Positions 8,757 through 16,900 of a DNA stretch of 64,000 nucleotides are shown piece after piece (within the stretch, counting starts at the first letter, position 1; the number at the start of each line of letters is the position of its first letter). Made by a program: the position numbers and the translations under genes. The DNA lies in assembly GCA_031373555.1 (NCBI GenBank), contig JANMMU010000021.1, positions 74,523-138,522 of the forward strand. The letters run 5' to 3'. The notes under the pieces were generated by a model. That model was not told the origin of the DNA. It was given only the letters and a program-made list of their open reading frames with translations, and did not search any database. Source of the DNA: Segetibacter sp. Lineage in GTDB: Bacteria > Bacteroidota > Bacteroidia > Chitinophagales > Chitinophagaceae.

Positions 8757-10616
8757 TTAGTATAGACCCAATTTTAAGAAAGCTTCTAATTTTGGTGCAT
8801 CTCCATCAGAATTTTCTGCAAATGAGGTATTGATTTCATTTATTTCTGAAGCAATTTCTTCATTAGGATTATAATAATAAAAGTCATGACTAATAAGATA
8901 TTCCGGTTCACCCAAACATTGAAAAGCGATACAATTAATGTGTGAGCTTAGGAATTTCTTATAGATTTCTGTCGGAATTTTTATTTCTAAATTATAATAA
9001 CCCCCTTTTGAACCTGTTAACTTTATAGAAGCATCAGTAAGAGGTAATTCATAATGCACTCCTGTATTGTTATTTTTAAAAGTAACTTTATTGCCGGCTT
9101 GAAAAGTTGTTTTATAGTTTGTCATCATACGCAGGCACAGCACCTTTTGAAAATCAGAAACTTTTTTAATCTTACCAGACATATATACATAAGCAATCTC
9201 GCAATTAGGAAAGGGTTGATGCCAGGTACCCAATTCTACAAAGTTATCATAATACAACTGCGCAACATGCACATTTGCATTACACCCTTTTTGAAAAAAA
9301 TATTTATTTAAATAATTGATACTACTTACATAACATCTTTTAACTACAGAATCTGAAATATTTTTTAAATACCCATTGTCAGCGGACAATAACGGATTAG
9401 TTGAACAAGGATTATATAACATTGATTTTATACCATAAGCTGTGATCCCTTTAAACTCCCCTTCGTCAGAAAAAACCGGAAAGGGCTGTAATAAAAAATA
9501 AACACGAAAAGTAACAGGCTTAGGGTTACCAACTACACGAGATAAAAAAGGATGAGTTTGTGCCTCTGACAAATTTAGCGATTTTAAAGAACCCCAGTTT
9601 GAGAGGTATACACTTAATCCATTAGCCAAATAAAAGGCATCATCTTCGCCAATTATTTTTTTGTTTGAATAACCTTCTTGCACATCAGAGGTAATAAATT
9701 CAAACTGACATGAGTTTAAATCTACATCACGTGGATAAATGGGAAATTCTTTATAGTAAATATCGCCAAGATTTATAAAATTTATTGCATTTTTCAATAA
9801 CCTGATACATGTTTGAATCTTACGATTCAGGAGTTCGGAATTGTCCTGATATTTAATAAACCACAAATCATAAGTCTTTAGAAAGGTTGTCAATTTTTCT
9901 TTATCATATTCAAACATATTGGCTTTAAAGCGTAGTAAATCAAGATAGAAGTCTTTTGAAATTCTAAATACAAAATCAGAATTGTTTTTAAAAAAATTAA
10001 GCAATTCTCTATTTAAAGGAAACTCCTTGCTATCTATGTTCCCAACATATCTTGGGACAAAATTGACGAACAGCTGATCCTTTATTAAATTATTTGTGTC
10101 AAACTTGTAATTTGCTTTTAGTCTGTTAACATAAAATTCGTCCTTATAAACATCAGAAATAAATTCAGTTTGGTTCATTACACTCAAATTGGTATAAACT
10201 TTATAAAGTTGTATTTTTAAATTGTTATATTCTCTGAATTCCGTTAAAACCAATTCAATTTTTTCTTTGAAAAAGCTAGGAAAACATCTTGTAAAACGAC
10301 ATAGCCCGCTACTGCCCGGAGTGCTTAAGTCTTGAACCAATTTGAATTCTTTAGAAGTTACCGGAACAAATACCCTTTTTATATTAGAATAACCTCCGAG
10401 GCTTTCAAAACTTTTGTTATTACCTTTTTCTGGTTTTAATAGATAAAAATTAAGGGCAAGCATCTGTTTTTCTAAACGACCAGTATCGATATCATTAATA
10501 TTTAAGAGTGCGGCATATACTTGCCCCTGATAAATAATAGGCTCCCGGGTTTTGTAAAATGTTCCCTTTGCATTAAGAACCCCCATCAGCATTCCGAATA
10601 GTATAACAGTTCTCAT
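8757..10616 (-). CDS. Secreted orphan protein, 619 aa, no recognisable domain
   Basis: Long uninterrupted ORF with an N-terminal signal-like segment (MRTVILFGMLMGVLNAKG) and many Cys residues. By eye it is visibly more AT-rich than the flanking genes. I recognise no motif. Confidence 0.6.
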   Translation of the reverse strand: MRTVILFGMLMGVLNAKGTFYKTREPIIYQGQVYAALLNINDIDTGRLEKQMLALNFYLLKPEKGNNKSFESLGGYSNIKRVFVPVTSKEFKLVQDLSTPGSSGLCRFTRCFPSFFKEKIELVLTEFREYNNLKIQLYKVYTNLSVMNQTEFISDVYKDEFYVNRLKANYKFDTNNLIKDQLFVNFVPRYVGNIDSKEFPLNRELLNFFKNNSDFVFRISKDFYLDLLRFKANMFEYDKEKLTTFLKTYDLWFIKYQDNSELLNRKIQTCIRLLKNAINFINLGDIYYKEFPIYPRDVDLNSCQFEFITSDVQEGYSNKKIIGEDDAFYLANGLSVYLSNWGSLKSLNLSEAQTHPFLSRVVGNPKPVTFRVYFLLQPFPVFSDEGEFKGITAYGIKSMLYNPCSTNPLLSADNGYLKNISDSVVKRCYVSSINYLNKYFFQKGCNANVHVAQLYYDNFVELGTWHQPFPNCEIAYVYMSGKIKKVSDFQKVLCLRMMTNYKTTFQAGNKVTFKNNNTGVHYELPLTDASIKLTGSKGGYYNLEIKIPTEIYKKFLSSHINCIAFQCLGEPEYLISHDFYYYNPNEEIASEINEINTSFAENSDGDAPKLEAFLKLGLY

Positions 10617-10847
10617 AACTGTTGATTTTAAGTTGAGAGGTAGTTTTAATAACTACTCAAAAATCTATGCTATACACCAAAGGGGATTCTATGTAAGTTA
10701 CAAAAAAAATTGATTCCTTCCCAATATAATTACATTAAAACTCACATTGTAGTCCTAAATACACATAAGCGTAGTCATATATGGTTTATGAGATATTGAT
10801 CTCTATTTTTAGAAACCTTGAATATTTAAAATTTATGATAATTACTT

Positions 10848-13283
10848 TTACTCCTTTTCAAGAATCTCAAAATTTCTTGTAACCGCTTCCCCATTATTGT
10901 CTACAATAGTTAAAGTATGAAATCCCTTTAAAGGATTCAATTCCATCTGATGAAATTGCTTGGTAGAGCCTATGTAATTATCATCAAGATGCCAAAACAG
11001 CGTAGCGTTTGGGTTGCTATGGGCGGCAGAAAATACTGTTTTTCCTTTATTGCCTGCTATCTCTTTTGGTACAAATATTTTTGCATTTTGTTCTGGGTAA
11101 ATGATTTCTATTTGCCTTTCTCCGCCTGAACTACAACCTTTCATAAATGGTGGCAGTGTTAGATATTCATTGTGTTTAGCCTTGTAATAAAACTCCATAG
11201 CCGGAGATAAAGTGAACCAACTTTTTGTAATCATAGCCCATGGAGATACACAGCTACTGTTAACCCTATATTTACCTGTCGCATCCAAATGAATGATATG
11301 ATGGTAAGGACATAGTGGTGCATTATTGCCATGAATACTTACCATCACGGTATCTACATCATCACAATTAATGCCTGCCTTAAACCCGCTTTGATGGCAC
11401 ACGGGTAAATAAGCAAAATCATAAGCAGGGGGCAGAAACCATGATGCAGTAGGCAACAACCTGAAAATATCAAATAATAAAGGTGCAGCAGTGTTAATTC
11501 CTGTAAGTTCGGGGCGGCCTTCGCCATCAGTATTGCCAACCCAAACCAATACACAATATTTTGATGTAAGTCCAATTGCCCATCCATCTCTAAACCCAAA
11601 GCTTGTACCGGTTTTCCAGGCTATTCGTTGCGCAGAGTTGAATAGGTTCCACAAACCCTCTTCACCTGGACGCATTACTTCCTGCATTGCATTGAGTGTG
11701 TGCCAAATGGCAGTATAATCGAAAGGGGATGTCTGATACCTGATGTCTGATGTCTGATTTTTTCTTGTAGAATTGTCACTGTGTTTTATGTAATTCGGTA
11801 TCTGCCAGTCGTTTTGATTTTGCTTTCCATTGTTTTGCCTTTGGTGTAGGTAAGTTCGGACAAGGCTGCTATAGGTACCGGCCAATTCCCACGGGGTTAC
11901 TTCGCATCCACCTAATATCAGGCTCAAGCCATAATGGTCTGCCGGTTGATTGAGTGTTGTGAAGCCACATTGCTTCAAAACATCATAAAACCGTTGATAC
12001 TTGAATAGTTGCAACATTTTTACTGCAGGTATATTCAAACTTTTGCTCAAAGCCCGGTTTGCTGGCACGGCTCCATCATATTCCAGATTAAAGTTTTGAG
12101 GAGTGTAGCCTCCAATTTGTGTGGGAATATCTGAGATTAATTGTTGAGGCAATATTAAACCGTTCGTCTGCAAAGCTGCATATAGCAATGGTTTCAGGGT
12201 ACTGCCCGGGCTACGTGGGGATGAAAGCACATCCACATGGCTTTCTAAAGAAGAGTCTGAAGTGTTATAAACATTTCCAACATAAGCCAACACATTTCCC
12301 GATTCAATCTCCATCACCATTGCGGCTGCATTATTAATGCCATTGCCTTTGTAACTACTTTGGTATCGGTTAATCAATTGTGTCACACTTTGCTGCAATG
12401 CTGCTTGAACGGTAGTTATAATTCTTGTAGGGAGTTCTTTGTTATTTTCTTTCCGCGAAGCGTATTCTTTTTTAAAACGGTCTAATAGATGAGGTGCTAA
12501 TTGAGGTAACGGCAGCGGTTGGCCCGGTAAGGGTTCCAATTTGGCAAGTTGACCTGTAGTAGCTGAAATAGTTTTATTAGCAACTAATTTATCGAGTAAT
12601 TCATTTCGTTTGCGCAAAAGTATCTGCCTGTTCTTTCCCGGATGCACCAACGAAGGTGCGTTTGGCAAAACACACAAAGCAGCCATTTCACCCCAGCTTA
12701 ACTTATCTGCACTTCTTGCAAAGTAGCGCCATGATGCTGCATCTAACCCAACAACATTGCTACCAAATGGTGCATTGGAAGCATATAATTTTAGAATTGA
12801 GTTTTTACTATAGTTACATTCAAGCCTAACGGCTAAAATGCTTTCGAAAATCTTCTGCCAGATATTGCGTCTCTTGCCTCGGCTAAGTCTTATGACTTGC
12901 ATGGTTAAGGTACTGCCTCCGCTTATAACTTTTCGGCCTCTAATATTTTGGTAAACTGCACGTGACAATGCAATTGGATCCACGCCGGGATGATAGAAGT
13001 AACGTTTGTCCTCAAAAGTAGTAATGCATTTTACAAACTTTTCCGGCAAGCTATCATTTGCAGGGAAACGCCATTGTCCATCATCTGCAATACTAGCAGA
13101 AAGCAGGTTTCCGCTTTCATCTTCCAACACAAATGAAGTTGGCTTTTGAAACAATTGATTTGGTAATGCAAAAGCAAACCACAATAGAAAAATGATTGCT
13201 GCAGTGAATAGAATTTTCTTTTTGGTGGAAAGAGGTTTTATTTTTTGTAGGTATGATTGCAAAGGAATTGGTTTGTTACTCAC
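10848..13283 (-). CDS. pbpC: Penicillin-binding protein 1C (bifunctional glycosyltransferase/transpeptidase)
   Basis: N-terminal TM helix; GT51 motifs EDKRFYYHPGVDP and GGSTLTMQ; transpeptidase SxxK (GSTLKP) and KTG (KTGTS); and the extra C-terminal PBP1C domain. GTG start at 13283 directly preceded by an in-frame TAA. Co-located with alpha-2-macroglobulin, as is typical. Confidence 0.9.
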   Translation of the reverse strand: MSNKPIPLQSYLQKIKPLSTKKKILFTAAIIFLLWFAFALPNQLFQKPTSFVLEDESGNLLSASIADDGQWRFPANDSLPEKFVKCITTFEDKRYFYHPGVDPIALSRAVYQNIRGRKVISGGSTLTMQVIRLSRGKRRNIWQKIFESILAVRLECNYSKNSILKLYASNAPFGSNVVGLDAASWRYFARSADKLSWGEMAALCVLPNAPSLVHPGKNRQILLRKRNELLDKLVANKTISATTGQLAKLEPLPGQPLPLPQLAPHLLDRFKKEYASRKENNKELPTRIITTVQAALQQSVTQLINRYQSSYKGNGINNAAAMVMEIESGNVLAYVGNVYNTSDSSLESHVDVLSSPRSPGSTLKPLLYAALQTNGLILPQQLISDIPTQIGGYTPQNFNLEYDGAVPANRALSKSLNIPAVKMLQLFKYQRFYDVLKQCGFTTLNQPADHYGLSLILGGCEVTPWELAGTYSSLVRTYLHQRQNNGKQNQNDWQIPNYIKHSDNSTRKNQTSDIRYQTSPFDYTAIWHTLNAMQEVMRPGEEGLWNLFNSAQRIAWKTGTSFGFRDGWAIGLTSKYCVLVWVGNTDGEGRPELTGINTAAPLLFDIFRLLPTASWFLPPAYDFAYLPVCHQSGFKAGINCDDVDTVMVSIHGNNAPLCPYHHIIHLDATGKYRVNSSCVSPWAMITKSWFTLSPAMEFYYKAKHNEYLTLPPFMKGCSSGGERQIEIIYPEQNAKIFVPKEIAGNKGKTVFSAAHSNPNATLFWHLDDNYIGSTKQFHQMELNPLKGFHTLTIVDNNGEAVTRNFEILEKE

Positions 13284-13349
13284 TTAGGATTATTGGCTCA
13301 GGGAAGGGCCGGAAAAAATATTTTCCATAATTTCTATCATTTCCTTGAG
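13283..13349. repeat. Hairpin-containing junction element, copy 1 (protease/pbpC spacer)
   Basis: The 19 nt ACTTAGGATTATTGGCTCA at 13282-13300 are identical to 13816-13834. They are followed by the CTCAGGGAA/TTCCTTGAG stem (13297-13305 / 13341-13349) and an inner GGAAAA/TTTTCC stem. The element abuts the GTG start of pbpC. Confidence 0.8.
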
Positions 13350-13353
13350 AAAC

Positions 13354-13734
13354 TTAAACCACCAATGCACCAGCAATGTTTGGGTTATTCGGATTTACAG
13401 TAATAGTCAATTTCGCAGGATGAATAACCAAATCCATGTCCTCAAAAGGTATTGCCCCCAATAAAACCATATCCCCTAAAACCAAGGCACCGGTAAAGCA
13501 CATTCTATTAAGGTAATTAATTTTAACAGGGCCAACATAAGGCACCAATTTTTTGCTTCCATCTGCTATGGTTACTTCCCTTTTTTCGTACTCAGTAAGC
13601 TGTAATTGCAGTGCAATATGTTCAGGAATGCATAGAAATAATGCACCTGTATCCACCAAAGCATTTGCAGTTATTGATTGCAGATTTTCTTTGGCGGGGT
13701 TGGCAAGTATAAGTTCGGCGTATATCTGTCCCAT
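13354..13734 (-). CDS. Small clan AA (retropepsin-like) aspartic protease
   Basis: 126 aa with the single catalytic D-T-G-A motif (ALVDTGALFLCIP) and a size typical of homodimeric retropepsin-like bacterial proteases. No signal peptide. Confidence 0.75.
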   Translation of the reverse strand: MGQIYAELILANPAKENLQSITANALVDTGALFLCIPEHIALQLQLTEYEKREVTIADGSKKLVPYVGPVKINYLNRMCFTGALVLGDMVLLGAIPFEDMDLVIHPAKLTITVNPNNPNIAGALVV

Positions 13735-13816
13735 ATTAAATAGTTAAATTGAAGATAGCATAAATCTATTGTAATAAGATACAAAATCTGCAACAAGAAA
13801 AGTTTCTTTTTTTTAA

Positions 13817-13892
13817 CTTAGGATTATTGGCTCACGGAAATAACGGAAGGGACAGAAAATAAATTTTTCAAATTTTCCGTCATTTCCGTGAG
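13817..13892. repeat. Hairpin-containing junction element, copy 2 (A2M/protease spacer)
   Basis: Same 5' block as copy 1. It is followed by CTCACGGAAATAACGGAA (13831-13848) pairing with TTCCGTCATTTCCGTGAG (13875-13892), 17 of 18 bp. Confidence 0.8.
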
Positions 13893-13905
13893 ACCTAAAA
13901 ATTAT

Positions 13906-16900
13906 TTATTGACTAACCGTCACCCACTTTCCATTTACTCCACTACTAATCGTATTATCATACATCGCCTCACAATAAGTACCCGGCCAATAATAGCGGC
14001 CGGGATAGGCGGCATTGAGCTGTACATAATAGGTGAGTGTTTCATTTTGCCTGATATCAAAATAATGATAGACCCTGTCGTCACGAATATCCATGTAAGT
14101 GGATGGAGATGATTTAAAACTGCCTTCGGTATTGTACAATCTTGTGTTCAAAATTTCCCACCCGCTTGGGAATATTTGCGACAATGCCATTTGGGTATAG
14201 GCGCCTCTTTGGCCGGTATTTTTAACCGTTACTTTGGCTACAAAATCAGTTCCCTGTTTGATGTTCGTGGGGTCAACTATTGCACCTGTTGTGGTTAAGT
14301 AAGTTACATTCAAGCTCAAAACTTCAGGATGATTTGCAACTGCCATACTATCGCCTGTGGCAGGTTGCCCCTGGTTGATGATGCGCACATACAAAACATT
14401 GCTTCCACTATTGTTAATGCTGAAATTGACCTTTCCATTGGTAAATGTAAGTGGCATTTGAACAAGGTTGTTAGCTGTGTTTACATTAACACTTTTACCT
14501 GCTACAGTTGCTTTTATACTCACTTTATTTCCCGATTTATTGCTGCCGCAAAATTTGCTGATAGCGATAAGGGAGTAAGCGGTTGTTTGGGTACTATACC
14601 AACTTTCCTGCGATAGCTGATTGGCTACAGCCCTTACCAATTGTTCCGCTTCTGTCTTACGATTCATGATTGTCAATGCTTCCAATACCATTGCCTGATC
14701 TCGGAGTTGACTACCATAAGTAAAGCCGGGATTTTGTCTTTGAGAAAAACTGGTTGGCAATCCACTTATCATTTGCAGTGCTATTGCATTTTGACCAACA
14801 AGATAATATGCCGCAGCAAGTCTCCATTTGCCCTCCGGGCTTAAAAACTTATATTCCTTCAAACGGTTCATGGCACCCAGTTCAGGTGCTTTGCTCAATG
14901 CCAGCAAGTATAAGCGATAAGCCTGTGTTAAATCACCACCATAATAAGGTGCAACGGAAACATTCCATGCATTGGCGCGGCTACGTTCATAGCCTTTCCA
15001 TTGCTGCAATATAGAGCTTGGCACATTGTAACCTCTTTCATTTGCTTCCAGCAAAAAGTGACCCGCATAGTTGGTTCCCCATTCATCGCTGTTGGCTTCA
15101 TTTGGCCAATAGCTAAATCCGCCATCTCGTGCCTGGAAATTTTTTATTTTCTCAATTCCTTTTCTGATGTTCATATCTACATTTGCTTTTTGTTGGTCAC
15201 CCAATTCCATCAATTGATTCAGCACCAATTGAGGAAATACAGCCGATGTTGTTTGCTCTATACATCCATGCGGATATTGAATAAGATATTGTAATCGTTT
15301 TTCAAGATTAATAGCCGGAATGCTTGAAATTTCCACGACAGCTTTATTGCTGCCGCCTGTGCCAATAGCAGTTACAGTATTACTAAAATTCTGCCCTGCT
15401 GCCAATGTTTTATCAGTTACAGATGTGATTGGTGGGTTTGGATTCCGGATGTCCAATTCTACATCGTAAACAGTTTTCTCATTTCCACTTGTGGAAATTA
15501 GTTTCACTTTTCCTACGCCTGTATTGGTTTTTACTCTTGCTTCAAAAAATACCTGTTGCTCACCTGTACCGCTAAATGATATGGATTGTGTGGTAGCACC
15601 AACCGGCTCTATAAAAGGATTGCTTTGTAAACTTAGGCTCACATTGCGAATGTTATTTTCAGTAGCAAAAACCGTTACCGGTATTTTGATTTGTTCAGTT
15701 GGGCCTAAAACTCTTGGCATGGTTGCCAACAACATCAACGGTTTTTTTACAGCAACTGCTTTTTCGGCGAAGCCGTATGCGCCATCGTTTGCAGCAATGA
15801 CCATTGCCCTTACGCTACCCATATAAGCGGGCAATGTAAACGTATGCGATTTGCTTCCACCACCGCTTTTGAACGGTCCCATAAACTGAACAATCGGTGG
15901 AAAGCGATTGGCTTTTTTATTGCCCGGTGAAGGTGCTTCGCTGTCGCCGCCGATGGTTAATATCCTTTCCAAACCACCACCCCATGCACCGATAACATAA
16001 TCAAATAAATCCCAGCTTTTTACGCCCAATGCTTCTCTTGCATAAAATGCCTTGTGCGGGTCGGGAGTTTTAAAACGGGTAAGATCAAGTAAACCTTCAT
16101 CTACAATGGCTATCACATAACTCATGTCTTTACCATTTGCTTCGCTTACAGTAATGGTGTTTTGTTGCTCGGGTTTCATTACATCCGGCATTTTGATTAC
16201 CGGGCTTAGCAATGTGCTTTTGTCTTCTATCATTACCGGGATTACGCCATACATTCTTATTGGCAAGTCGTTGATGGTTTGTGCATGTGGTTGCAACAGG
16301 CTTACATTTACATACACATTAGGTGCCATTCCTTTCTCTGCTTTAAAGCTATATTTTGTTTGTCCCGGTTGAGTTTCTACCCAAAAGTTTTTCAACACTT
16401 TACTGCCGTTTTCTATGCTTATTAAGGCTCTTCCACCTTTGCTTGTAGGTATGGTTAACTGCACATCTTCTCCTACGTTATACTTTTCTTTGTCTGAAGT
16501 AAAAGACAGCATGGAAGCGGCTGTAGGGTCATCTTTATTATCCCGGTTTTGCCAATAAGGGTCATCCACATAAAATGTTTGTCCCGTTACGTGACCGCTC
16601 TTAATATCTCTAACCAAGACGAGGTAGCGTCCCCAATCATCTGAAGTTATATTGAAGTTGTAGCTACCTTTTCCATTTGCTAACGGTACTGTTTCCTTCT
16701 TAATCAACTTGTTGTATTGGTCTGTAGTAAAGTTGCTTAACTCATCGCCTGTATTGTCCCACCACCAACGCCATTGTATGCGGTAAAGTTCCACTTCCGC
16801 AACCCCGGAACCGCTAGTGAGGTTTCCTTTAGTATCTACATTTACAATGCTGACGGTTTGTGTTTTGCCTGCCGGCAAATATCCCCATGGCTTTTCCCCC

